Shown in pieces: positions 24,340-36,354 of a stretch of 64,000 nucleotides of DNA (the first letter of the stretch is position 1; each line of letters begins with the position of its first letter). The position numbers and the translations under genes were made by a program. The DNA comes from Malacoraja senta (taxonomy: Eukaryota), in the NCBI GenBank assembly GCA_038087875.1, contig CM075990.1, positions 9,302,001 to 9,366,000 of the forward strand, written 5' to 3'. The notes under the pieces are model-generated. The model did no database searches. It was not told the origin of the DNA and saw only the letters and a list, made by a program, of their open reading frames with translations.

Positions 24340-26150
24340 GTCATAGAATCATACAGTACAGAAGGAGGGTCCCTCCAAGATGCCCCATTTGCCCGCATCC
24401 CTCTAAACCTTTCCCATCAATGTACCTGTCTAAATGTCCTTTAAATCCTATTGTGGTACCAGCCTCAACTACCTCCTCTGGCAGCTTGTCCCATATACCC
24501 ATTACCCTCTGAGTGATAAAGTTGCTCCTTAGGTTTGTATTGACTCTTGCACCTCTCACCTTAAACATATGTCCTCTTGTTTTTAAATCACCAACCCTGG
24601 GTATAAGTCTGTCGCTTCCCCTCACAATTTTACACACCCCTATAAGATAGAATAGAATAGAATAGAATAGAAACTTTATTTGCCACACGACCAGGGTTGG
24701 TGGTAATTGGGTTCGGTACATGATGGTACACTGCTTTAGCACATTAACACTAACAACAATAATAATAAAGCACATCACAAATCACAAATCTCACCAACAA
24801 TACATAGTGCAAAAGAACAGACAAAAACCATAGACAAGACACTGTATACATCAAAGTCAAAAAGTTATTGGAGGGAATTAAGTGTTCTTATTGCTGAGGG
24901 GAAGAAACTGTTTTTAAAACGGGTGGATTTTGTAGCAAGTGACCTAAGGCGCCTCCCTGAAGGGAGAGACTAGAAAAGGTGGTTTGCTGGATGGGAGGGG
25001 TCCGAGATGATCTTTGTTGCCCGTTTTGAGGTACGTTGGAGGTAAATGGAATGGATTGAGGGGAGGGGAGAGTTGATGATCCTAGAGGCCTTGGAGACAA
25101 TGCGCTGTATTCTGTGTAGTGAGTGACTGTCAGTGTTTCCGTACCAGACTGTGATTGAGGAGGTGATGATGCTTTCAATGATGGATTGATAGAAGCGTAC
25201 CAGGAGGTGTTTGTGGACTCTGAACTTCTTGAGCTGTCTGAGGAAGTATAGGCGTTGTTGTCCTTTCTTAATGATGTGGTCAGCATTGATGTGCCATTTT
25301 AGATTATTGCAGATATAGGTGCCCAGAAACTTAAATAAGTTCGTGGAGGTTATGGGATGGGAGTTGACATGGACCGCGGGTTTGAGGTTTTGTTTGCGTC
25401 TGAAATCTATGATGGTTTCTAAGGTTTTTGAGGTGTTAAGCTGGAGGTTGTTTTCTGCGCACCATTTGACTGCGCTGTCCACTGTTTGATGGTATTGTGA
25501 TTCATTGTTGTCTGAGATGAGGCCAATTATTGTCGTGTCGTCTGCATATTTGAAAATTTTAACTGAGCTGCATTGGGATGTGAGGTTGTTGGTGTAAAGT
25601 GAGAAGAGCTGAGGTGACAGAACGCACCCTTGAGGGGCTCCTGTATTGATAGTCAGAGGGCTGGAGAGTTTTTCACCCACCTTGACTCTTTGTTGTCTGT
25701 TTGTAAGAAAATGTAAAATCCAATGGCACATGGCTAGGTGAATGCCCATGTCCAACAGTTTATTGTAGAGTTTAATTGGGTGTATAGTATTAAAGGCCGA
25801 GCTAAAATCTATAAACAAGATGCGTGCATAAGTGTTCGGTGATTCCAAATGATGTAGGGAGTAGTGAAGAGCTAGGTTGATAGCATCCTCCACAGACCGG
25901 TTGGCGCTGTATGCAAATTGAAAAGGGTCCATGATGGGGACAGTGTATGTTTTCAGATGGGTGAGGACTATGTGCTCAAAGGCCTTCATGGCAACTGATG
26001 TTAGTGCAACAGGTCTAAAATCGTTCAGACAGATCGACCCAAAGCTACTTGTGCTCCAAGGAGTGAAAATGCTAAGCAAGTGCAACCTCGCCCTACAGCT
26101 CAGCCCCTCAAGAGCTGGCAACATCTTTATAAATCCTTTCTGCACTCTTT
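24340..26150 (-). mobile_element. CR1/HER1 LINE split by a Rex-type LINE
   Basis: CR1 motifs at 26070-26150 (QKGFIKMLPALEGLS) continue at 24340-24645 (KTRGH.FKV...LPEEVVEAG). Confidence 0.8.
24646..26035 (-). mobile_element. Young 5'-truncated Rex1/Babar LINE with near-intact RT
   Basis: [33 protein letters not shown] and FLG motifs; (CTATT)n tail. The stop at 24970 is CAG in the sister copy near 63531. Confidence 0.92.
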
Positions 26151-26409
26151 AGTGTTGACATTTCCATTTTAATTCATAAGGTGGAGGAATTCCTGCCACT
26201 CCATTGTTGAGCGCATAGTTTAGAAAGGCCAAATGTTTCATCTGTATTCTCTTAAAGAATATAAAATAACACAAAACAATACAAACATTGATTTTTTTCA
26301 TAATTTCAGAAGTAAAAATGTTTTATTACAACAATTACTTTCTACTGAAGGTATTTTGAAGTATCCAAAGAGATCTAAATTATGCCAATCTTCATTCAAA
26401 GTACACTGA

Positions 26410-26468
26410 TCATTTCTTATTCATATCAGCTTGGTAACTAGGGCTTGGAGTTGTGCCAATTGGTATAT
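26410..26468 (-). CDS. Probable terminal coding exon of an unidentified host gene
   Basis: Acceptor TTATCTTCAG; phase-1 reading DIPIGTTPSPSYQADMNKK*; AATAAA at 26327-26322. Confidence 0.5.
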
Positions 26469-26963
26469 CTGAAGATAATACATGCAAATGTTGAACGTTC
26501 TATTAAGCTGCAAAGAAAAAATCTGCACGAGTGAAAATTCTTATTAGTTCTTTTTCTTTGCAGAAGAGAAAGTGATCCTGCAACTATTTGTTTTATTACT
26601 GCCATATGGTGGATTAAGCGACTGAGTCCAGGGCCAGGCTTTATAACAAGCTGAGCAAGTAGAAAAGATGTAAATCATATATTTTAAACCCCTCAGAATT
26701 TAATAAATTCAATTATTTTAAAGATTCTGAGAATCAGATTAGCATGAGAAAAAAAATAACTTGAACCAGCCAGGGTCATTATATTCAAGAAAATAAGCTC
26801 CAAAACACATTCACTCACTGCAGATTCACTTCAGTCCAAAGAAAGACCTGTTGTGTTCTCATAGGATGACACTTTGCCACCCATTCAAGGTTGAAGGCGA
26901 TACTGGTGCATTAATGAAAATGCACTGGTGCAAGAGAAGTACTTCCTGTTGTTGACAACTTGC

Positions 26964-27079
26964 CTTGACGTTTGTTTTCTGCTTGTTTTTGAAGATTTTC
27001 TGACAAAATAAACGTTGATGAGGATGATGGTGAAAGAGGGGCTAAGGGTGGGACAGGGGCAGAACGAGACAAGGACTGC
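26964..27079 (-). CDS. Probable internal exon (116 nt, Ser/Pro-rich) ending in a GC donor
   Basis: Acceptor TTCCTTTTCCAG; QSLSRSAPVPPLAPLSPSSSSTFILSENLQKQAENKRQ; donor AAG|GCAAGT; phases 2 to 1 fit both neighbours. Confidence 0.6.
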
Positions 27080-27127
27080 CTGGAAAAGGAACTTAAGATG
27101 GCATAGGTCGCATTATAGTTATATGCT

Positions 27128-27260
27128 CATAAGGTCATAAGTGATAGGAGCAGAATTAGGCCATTCGGCCCATCAAGTCTACTACGCCATTCAATCATGG
27201 CTGATCAATCTCTCCTTCCTAACCCCATTATCCTGCCTTCTCCCCATAACCCCCATGGGT
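27128..27260 (-). mobile_element. CR1-type LINE 3' tail
   Basis: CATAAGGTCATAAG tail followed by GGCCATTCGGCCCATC. Confidence 0.65.
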
Positions 27261-27974
27261 CAATGGAGTCAACTTCAGGCAGCATAAAGAATGGTGTGCA
27301 GCGACTTTTGGAAGAAGAGGATATCAAAGAGATCGGACAGATAGTACATAATAATAAATATATTAATAAGGTTAATAAAAATCTTCTGTTGATTTCTCAT
27401 TTAATTAAACATTAATTAAAGCTGCATGTGTTCTTTCAAGTTTTGATGTTAATTCTGGGAATGCAGCTTTTTCCTTTTTAAAGAATCATAGAATGCAGCT
27501 ACACAGAAACAGGTTATTCAGCTCAAGCATAATAGTTTATGAAACATAACCCTTGCATAAGTCTCTGTATACACATTTCCAATATTTTCTCCCATCTCTT
27601 AAATCGCTTAATTACCATGTCAAGTGATGGCTTCCTTGTAATTTTCTTAAAATATGATGACATTGCTTCTGTTAACTTCATACAGAGAACACAAACCCAA
27701 GTTTTAAAAGGTGAAACAGACAGAATATCGATGTTTAGCAGAAGCTAGACAACACAGTAACACCAATTTATTCATCTTTATTTCTGACAATATATCAAAC
27801 TTTGGATTCGTAAAACTATAAACACTATGCAAAAGAATAGCTAGATAATAATACAAGTACATGGAATAATTTTCAGCTAAAAGAGACAAATGAAACGGAA
27901 CAGAGAAAACCTCGTTTACAAGGAAAACTGACTTTGTCTTCCTAATGACCTTTACCAAAGTCATGAAAACATAC

Positions 27975-28098
27975 CTTTGCAATTCAGTGTTCCCATGGCG
28001 ATCCTGTCCACTCCAACGTGGGTATCTCTTCCGCCAGAATCCTTGGTTCCTGCTTCCCCTCTCTGACCTCTCTAGGTGAGCCATGCTTTCACATGCTT
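27975..28098 (-). CDS. Probable internal exon (124 nt)
   Basis: Acceptor CCTTTTCAG; ACESMAHLERSERGSRNQGFWRKRYPRWSGQDRHGNTELQ; donor AAG|GTATGT; raised GC relative to the flanks. Confidence 0.62.
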
Positions 28099-28911
28099 CT
28101 GAAAAGGCCATTAAAAAAACATAAGAAATAACATATGCAATATTAAATCAGATTTACCAATGATTCATTGAACACCAATATATGAACTCAAAATGTTTTG
28201 ATATATTTGATGTGGCATATTGGAAGAGTCTTTGCTATGATTAACATTTTCTATAGGTTGGTAGGTTGGACTCTTTGTGGCAGGTCTCACATTCAAAGGG
28301 GAGGGGGAATACCAAAAGCAACTCAATAAATACTAAATTAAAGGTAACTGATGTGACGTGATGTGACATTGCATTGGTAACACAAGCCTGTCAGGACTAC
28401 AGCATGGGTTTTAGACTTGTGAAACCAACAAAGTTGCATGTAACTTGCAGATTCATGGATGAGGCTGAAACTTCAACTAACTGATTAAGATCTTAGAGCT
28501 CAATGAGTTTTTATGAGGAAAGGAAACCGCCAAAACATTAAAGTGCAGACATTCATATACAGCTTTATACAGTGAATGTTTTTTCCAAGTTACAAAAATG
28601 GAATCACCTTCCCCCATACCACTCTCATCTTTAAAAGTGGCTTTTGAATTAACCTGTTGTACATTCAGAATTATTGAATTTTAAGTCATTAGTTAATAAA
28701 TAATCCTAATTTCAGAATTTCACAAACAGAAATTTCAGTTTTTGGTCTATCTTCATCTCTGTCAATGTCCAATAATATTGTCCAAGAATCAAGAAGAACT
28801 CTTTATTCAATTCTACCACATACTTCCAGTAAAGTTTCTGATCATTATACTTCCATAGCAGAAAGGAGGTCTACCAAGGATTATCTTCGGTAAATAACAT
28901 ATGAACACATA

Positions 28912-29111
28912 CAGCTGCTCCTCGACCTACAATAGGGTTACCTTCCGATAAGCCCATCGTAAATCAAAAATATCGTAAGTCAAAAACGCATTTAATACAA
29001 TTTGATCATGTGACCGGAAGTGAATGGTGGCTCGCTGCCATTGCCGAGCGTTTGCACCATCGTAAAGTTGAAATATCGTAAGTTGAAGCATCGTAAATCG
29101 GGGATCCCCTG
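28912..29111. mobile_element. Tigger/pogo-type MITE (200 bp)
   Basis: TA...TA TSD, imperfect CAG-initiated TIRs and repeated ATCGTAA motifs. Confidence 0.8.
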
Positions 29112-29844
29112 TAGTTGAAAATGAGGTGGTCAACTTGCAACACAAAGGGTCACATGTTTACATCCAGCCACGATAATACACAGGACAAAACCATGAAAGT
29201 TGCTGCACTATTACATTAGTTCCACTAGTTTACGGTTCAAAGGTCTTTTATTGTAACGTGTACCAATTAAGGTGCAGTGATATTCGATTTACCAGTTGCC
29301 CTTCAGGATAGAATTTTGTCAACCTGAGACAACCTATCCTGCATACAAATACAAAATACAATACAAATTGCCTTTATTGTCATTCAAACAAACAGAGGTT
29401 TGAACGAAATTTGAACAATCCAAGTTTCTCAAGATATAGTTGACACTAAGTGCTATCCTAAGTGCCTACAGGCTGCTAGCGAGTGTGTGATAAATATTAC
29501 CTAGACAGTTATTGATGTCCGAAGGAAAAGAAAATCTTAACACAATATAATCATGTACTTGGAAACTCAGAGGTTTAAACGCTAATGTATACCTCAGGTG
29601 AACACAATGAAAAAGAGGTTCAAGTGAAGAGAGATTCATACCAGCCAACAAAAGGTAGATAAATATGAGGTAATCAACAACCATGACAGAAAAAATCCTT
29701 AATTCCTAATATTTTAGCTATTACCTGCAACCAACAATATCAAGACAACATCTCAGCATGGATTGAAACGACGTTATTCAATAAAGTGAGAAAACATGAG
29801 ATTAGTGTCAATTTACTGTATTGGACCAAGAATTGCTTAAGATT

Positions 29845-30330
29845 CAGAATCAGATTACTTTATTGTCATATGGACCTACGGAGTAACGTAATTCCTCGTT
29901 TGCATGAAGCGCACAAAGGAAATGATGCAGGGTGATGATAAATACAACTATAGATGTGACGAGTGCAAAGCAGCAGAATGATGCAAAGATTGTATTACAG
30001 CCTAAAGTACTGCAAAACAATATTAAACTGCAATAACAGAATAACCCAATGTGGTAGAGGTAAGAGTAAGAGTATGTGGCAGCACACCTGTACATCCAGG
30101 CTCGATTGGCTTGAATCCGATAGCAATGGAAGGAAGCTGGTCTTCAGTCTGGACATCTGGGTTTTCAAACTCCTGTTACTTCTACCTTCTGGTAAAAGGT
30201 AGAAGGGAAAAGAGAATGGCCAGAGAGGCTGGTATCCTTGACAATACCTCCAGAAATCATGACACAATGCACCAAGTCCAGAACCCAGTTACCCAGTTGC
30301 GGATGGAGACCCCAGGGCAGGTTCCATGAT
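29845..30330 (-). mobile_element. Decayed Rex/Babar LINE 3' fragment
   Basis: LLPEGR..RSLKT.MSRLKTSFLP followed by an AATAAA tail. Confidence 0.6.
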
Positions 30331-31079
30331 CTCATAGGCTATTATGTTGGAAGCTGAAGTTTAGTCAATTAATAGAAATTGCAAGGGGTCTAGATTATTC
30401 GAAACATGTGGGCCATTACCAAATCTTTCAAAGCATTTCATAATGGTTGATGTTAGTTTAGTTTATTTTTATTCTTGTCATGTGCATATTTTGTCATGTC
30501 AGGTACAGTGAAAATAACTATTGGATGGTCGTCACTAGGACAGGTCGCTTTATTTTTCTTGGGGACTGGAATTATCCCCAGCAGGTATCCTTGAAGCAGA
30601 TGGAATCAGCTGACTGTTGAAGTGAGAAGTTGACGACCTGGTAAAGACTGTGGCCAGTTAATTGGTGCAAGATTTGAGAACCCAAAGATTCCATCCGGGT
30701 CAGCTACTTTCCGAAGGTTTACCCTTGTGAAAAGAGATTTGGCTATTGGCACTGGGCCAATGGCTGCAGAGCCAGCATGGGATGGGCGACGTGCCCAGGT
30801 AGAACTTTCTTTGCCTGCTGAACACGGGTGTAAAAGGCACTCTCATCTGATAGAGTTGCAAAGATGCAAAGATGCAAAAATGCACTTGGGGCCGTGGAAA
30901 TATACTGTAACAATTGCTTAACAAATAGATCCTGAAAATGAGGTTTGTCCTATGAGGAACAATTAATCAGACTGAATATGTCCTCAGAGTTTTGAAAAGT
31001 GAGAGGGAAATCTCAATAAAACATACAAAATTACTGCATGGCTTGACAGGAATGATATTCCCCTTGGGGTCTATCAAAC

Positions 31080-32243
31080 TGTAGATTGGTTATTTCCTAC
31101 TAACCAATTGTAGTGCTTGTTAGTAGTTGCTCCACCTAATATGCGATTCATATTATCAAGAGCTTGCCTACGCCATTCAGTATGAGTAGCTGCTAGGAAC
31201 TGTAATGTCCTGCAGACCGATGTGATTTTAATAAACATGTGTTGTATATGTGTTTGACTCGACTCATTACATGGTGTCACGGAGTGAGTCTTACCTACTC
31301 CGTTCACGTTTTTAATTTGTTTGTGTGCAAGTTATCTCTATCATGGCAAACTCGTCTCGCCGTCCTAGTCCTCTGATCATTGACTCTGACATTGCTGAAC
31401 ACTGGGTCAGTGTTTTCGAACGCAACTACATTCACTATGTTCGCATCGTTCATCGCAACGATCCTCCAAATGTACGTGCTTCTGTATTACTCAACCTAGC
31501 TGGCCCAGAGACAATGAAATGTGCCGACAGTTTTACATTTGAGCCTGCTGTTTTAGATGAGAATGGACAGATCCTAGTGCCTGCAGAGACGATTGATGAC
31601 CCTGCCGTCCTACTTGCAAAGTTCAGACTGTTGTGTGAGCTCCCCTCGAACTACATTATTGAACGTACCAAGTTTTATACTCGTATGCAACAGATTGATG
31701 AACCAATAGAATGTTTTATCAGCAACTTAAAACACATGGCTGCATGCTGCCAATTTTGTGATTTGTGCGATGAACTAATTTGTGACAAGATTGTTAGAGG
31801 TAAGCTTAATAACAAGTTAAGGGATGAACTGCTCTGTAGCACTGACCTGACCCTTAATCAAGTCGAGCACGCCTATCGGATTGCTGAGATAACATCTTCT
31901 CACACTATGTCTGTGATCTCTGGCCAGGTCTGCTCCTCAATGTCCTAATTGCAACTATTTTCATGTTATGGGTCGAGAGTTCTGTATTGCTTATGGTAAA
32001 ACCTGTAATTTCTGCAAGAAATCAAACCACTTTGCAAGATGTTGCTATTCCCGTGCGACTCAATCCGCCTCAAGGACGAGCTTGCACCTGTTACAACATG
32101 AGCTTGCTGATAACGAATACCAAGAGCCTGACTTGCCATCCTCCGCTCAGCTCTCTGAAAGTACAGATAACAGTTCAGCCATCCACTCTCTCCTCCCTTC
32201 CTCTAACGAGCAACTTGATATGTGTTTGACTCGACTCATTACA
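31080..32243 (+). mobile_element. Internally deleted Gypsy element (5' LTR, PBS, gag, 26-bp 3' LTR stub) inserted in a CR1 relic
   Basis: TSD CAAAC (31075-79, 32244-48); LTR 31080-31271; PBS TGGTGTCACGGAGT; 32218-32243 is identical to 31246-31271. Confidence 0.92.
31343..32217 (+). pseudogene. gag: Gypsy gag with CCHC knuckle, frameshifted near 31940
   Basis: MANSSRRPSPL...VLLNLAGP...; CNFCKKSNHFARCC. Confidence 0.88.
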
Positions 32244-32431
32244 CAAACCAAGGTCAGAATCTCAATATAAGAGGTCAGCCATTCAAGACAGAACTTTTTT
32301 TCACCCAGATAATAGTGAATCTTAAAAATTATCTACCCAGTGGTATTATAGGTCAGTCATTGGAATATATTCATGACAGGGATCAATTAATTTTTCGATA
32401 TTGAAGAAATCAAAGGACAACAAACAACATG

Positions 32432-32551
32432 TGTGGGATGGAACTGCAGATGTCTGAAGAAGGGTTCTCGACCCGAAACGTCACCCATTCCTTCTCTCCA
32501 GAGATGCTGCCTATCCCGTGGAGTTACTCCAGCTTTTTATGTCTATCTTCG
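32432..32551 (+). mobile_element. Penelope-like terminal repeat with intact hammerhead core
   Basis: CTGAAGA (32454-60), stem GGGT..ACCC, GAAACGTC (32475-82), and a short inverted 5' piece GGAACTGCAGATG. Confidence 0.8.
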
Positions 32552-34469
32552 ACACCATACAACATATTTACTGGTACCTAAATATTAATAAAACCTAAAA
32601 GGACATTCAACATTAGTGTGAGTGGGTCCAAACTGACATGATTCTTATAACAGAAACATTTGACTGCTCCACCGTTTGTCAGCTTGAAATGAGTGCATCT
32701 TTATTCCTCCCCACATGAAGTTGATAGACACGCACTGATTGTATGACACCGCACAAGCAATGTAATTACACTGTGTGAAACCATCTATCTTGTTTGCAGT
32801 TCTTTTATGTCAAATTATTTCCCAATAATCTGATTGTAGTACCACTGTCAAAAACAAATATTTACGTGCCATTTATGAAAGCAGTTGGTAAAACAATACA
32901 AAGCTAGACAGGAGAATAAAACAACATATTCATTGCCTGAGCACTAATGTGTTTTTATTATTAACTTTAAGAATTCGGACTTCAAAGTCACTATTTATTG
33001 CCATTCCATTTTACCCTTGAGAAAATGATGGTCAGCTGTTTTCATGAACAACTCCAAACCATCTGTGCTAATGGCATACAGAATCAAACATAATACTATG
33101 AAGCTTATAGGCCAGACTAAAAAAAAAGATGAATTTCCTTCCTTCCCAAAAGGACATTAGTGAATCAATTGATTTTTTTACACAGTTAACAAATGAAGAA
33201 TAGCAAGGATAAATGCCATTTTACTGCCATGGGTTGTCTTCGTTCTGTCTTAATTGTTTTCATCTTATTGCCAAAAATTCTTGCAGCCTACAAAATACCC
33301 TATCAAAACATTTTGTTAAATGGTTACATAGGAAGCGACTTGAGTGGTACAACCTACCTAACACACTGAGAACTGTACGGTGCACTATAATATGTAAATA
33401 GAGAATCACTGCCCTAATAAATGCCAGCTCATTAATTTAAATGCCAAATCAAAACCTCTCAACTATCTTACAAATTGTTAACAAAGCCTCATATTTCCTT
33501 ATGAAATAGAACAAGGCCATATAGCCCATTGCGTTTATACACGCTCTCAGGACATTCCCATCAGTCTCATTCCCCAACCTATTTCACTGCAACCTATTCT
33601 CTCTCACATATGCATCAACTACCCTCTGTTGCAAACATGATATCAGCAAGTATCCAAGATTAGATTTAAACTAAAGTCCATTTGAGGTAGAGAGAGGTTG
33701 GGCAAGCTAGGACTATATTCCTTGGTGCACAGGAGGATGGATACAAGCAAAGTCCAAAATGAGAGTGTTGTTCTACATCGAGGCCTGTGGTAACTATTAA
33801 TGAAGGAAGAGGCTAATGCTGGCCTTCTGGCTGTCTGGACAATTTATAAGGTAGAAATATAAGGCTTCAACACATCCTTCATGTGTTGGTGCCTTGTGAG
33901 CTAAATATCAGTGATGGGTCATGCTGTAATTAGAGAGGCAACTCCTTGGAACGTAGAAAAACTGAAACTAATAAGCTACACACTGCCATTAATGCCATAA
34001 GTGTTCTTTGCTTCATGTGGTACTCCAGTTCATAAGCAAAACAGTAGCTAGAAAATGCACTGTCCCCAATGGACAGCAAATAATGTGAAAAAGCAATTTG
34101 AAAGAAAGACTTTGTACTTCTTTTGAACATAATTTCATAAATCTTTCTTCAAATCTATGATGCGTCAAGATATTTTACGGAACAAGGTTTGATATAATAA
34201 GTAAATAAACAGGTATTAGAAACACACAAAAAAACCCGATTATGTGAAAATCATCAACATCACCCTTGCACCCATTCAGAATCAATAACCCTTAAGACAA
34301 CAAAATAAATGTGGCAATCTGAATTCACAACAAGGGTCTTAAGATTTTCATCAAGCAGATTTGGTATTTATTAAGAAGATACCAACTTGGGAATCAAGAG
34401 ATCGGGAATCACTAGCATATGGTTTAAGGGTCAACAGAGACAGATTCAATTTGTTTTCATTTTTTTCAT

Positions 34470-35440
34470 TTCCACAACAGATTAACAGCAGATGCTGTCT
34501 CACTGGCTCTTCACTCTGCTCTGGACCATCTGGATAATAGGAACCCACATGTCAGGTTACTGTTCATTGATTAAACCTTGATGTTCAATACTATCATCTC
34601 CTCCAAACATCACCAAGATCTGGGTCTCCGTACCTCCCTTTGCAAATGGATCCTTCACTTGCTCATCGACAGACAACAATCAGTGCAGAGCGTAACAACA
34701 TCTCCTCCTCACTGACCATCAACACAGATGCACCTCAAGGCTACATGCCTAACACCCTGCATGACTCTCTTTACACCCACGATGTTGTGACTAACCACAG
34801 TTGTAAAGACATCTATAAATTCATCGGCAACACCATTGTTGGTGGCCGAATCACAGGCAGTTTTAACTGAGAGTACAGAAGAGAAATAGAACACCTGATT
34901 GAGTGGCACCCAACATCTCAGCATCAACACAAACAAGGAAGTAATTGTTGACCAGAAAGGGGAAGTCGGGAGACAATGTGCAAGTTTTCATTGGCATGAC
35001 AGTGGTGGACAGAGTTAGTAGCTTCAAATCCTGGGTGTTGACAACTGAAATGACCTGCCTTGGGCTCAGCATGTGGACGTAATCATGAAGGAAATGCACC
35101 AACACTTCTAGTTTCTTAGAAGTTTCAAGAGATTCTGCATGTCACTAAATACACAAACAAACCTACAGGTATACAGTAAAAGGTATTCAGACAAGTTGAA
35201 TCATGGCCTAGTGCAGCAATTCCAACGCACATGAAAACAAGAGGCTGCAAAGAGTGGTAAATTCAGCCTGGATCATCAGGCACATTGTCTGCGTGCCCTT
35301 GAAAGCACCTACATGAAGTACTACCTCAAGAAGGCCTCATCAATCATCAAGGATCTCCGCCGACCAGGCCATGCCCTCTCTCTCTGCTACTGCCAGGCAG
35401 GAGTTTCAGAAGCTTGAAGACACAGGCCACCAGTGAACTG
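34470..35440 (+). mobile_element. Decayed Rex1/Babar LINE
   Basis: [29 protein letters not shown] and IIKD motifs. Confidence 0.8.
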
Positions 35441-35800
35441 ACCCCACAACTCTAATCCTACTACAAACCACCTCTTACACCACCATGGAGTCATGTTCTT
35501 CCTAATTGTCTTTGTTTATGTGCCTGTAAAGTGTTGTAAGTGAGAATTTCACATATGATAATAATTAGATGGGCACAGTGAACAATTATGAACTAAAAAT
35601 CACTACCTTTAAGGATGGTGGAAACAGTCAATTAAGCTTGTTACAAGTTCAAAGTTCCAAAAGTAGCAGTGACATAAATGTCTAGTTATTCAATAGCCTG
35701 CTGCTCCCATACTGAGATGTTTCATAGTCACAAGAACCAGCAGCTCAGTTTAACAAAAACACCATTTCTGATAATTCAGCACTTGTGCCATCGTACAAAA

Positions 35801-36354
35801 TCTATATAATTAAAAGTCTCATCTTGACCACTTCCCGTTTGCGTTGTTGTTTGATTTTATTAAAAAAACGTTACTATAGATGGCTGTGATTTTTTTGGCC
35901 ATTTTACTCAGAGTCCTCCTCCGATGATCAGGCCCCGGGATTTTTCCCATCGAAGAAAAATAAAAGAGTTATTAGTGTTTAAAAAATCTTGAGATTCTCT
36001 CTCTAGTCAATCACCGCAATGAAGGGCACTCCCCTTCCGGGGGAGGGGGGGCACACTATAAAACCCGGAGGTCTGGACATGGCTCAGTCACTGCACGATG
36101 GCGAGGGAGAGGCCACGACTCTCAGTCTGAGCTGGGAATCTACACAACACTGAGTGCCTACTGAACTGTGAGTGCCCTTTATGTGGTTTCATGTGGTCTG
36201 GAAACCATTCCCTTCAGCCCACAACACCCATACTAGCGTTCCAGAAAGCCCCCCACTGGCCAGCAATATAGGAATTTGTGGAGACGTGGAATATTGCGTT
36301 GGGGGACCTGCCCTCCCGTGTGAAGCTGGGACCCAATGGGTCGCAGCTTCACAC
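35801..36354 (+). mobile_element. Non-autonomous Helitron-like element
   Basis: A|TCTATATAATTAAAAG 5' terminus and a GC-rich subterminal hairpin GGGACCCA-A-TGGGTC. The canonical CTAG end is absent. Confidence 0.6.

Noticed and set aside
24970..26145. 391-aa ORF as a novel CR1-Rex fusion protein
   Set aside because: The N-terminal 35 or so residues are chance read-through from the flanking CR1 relic into a truncated LINE.
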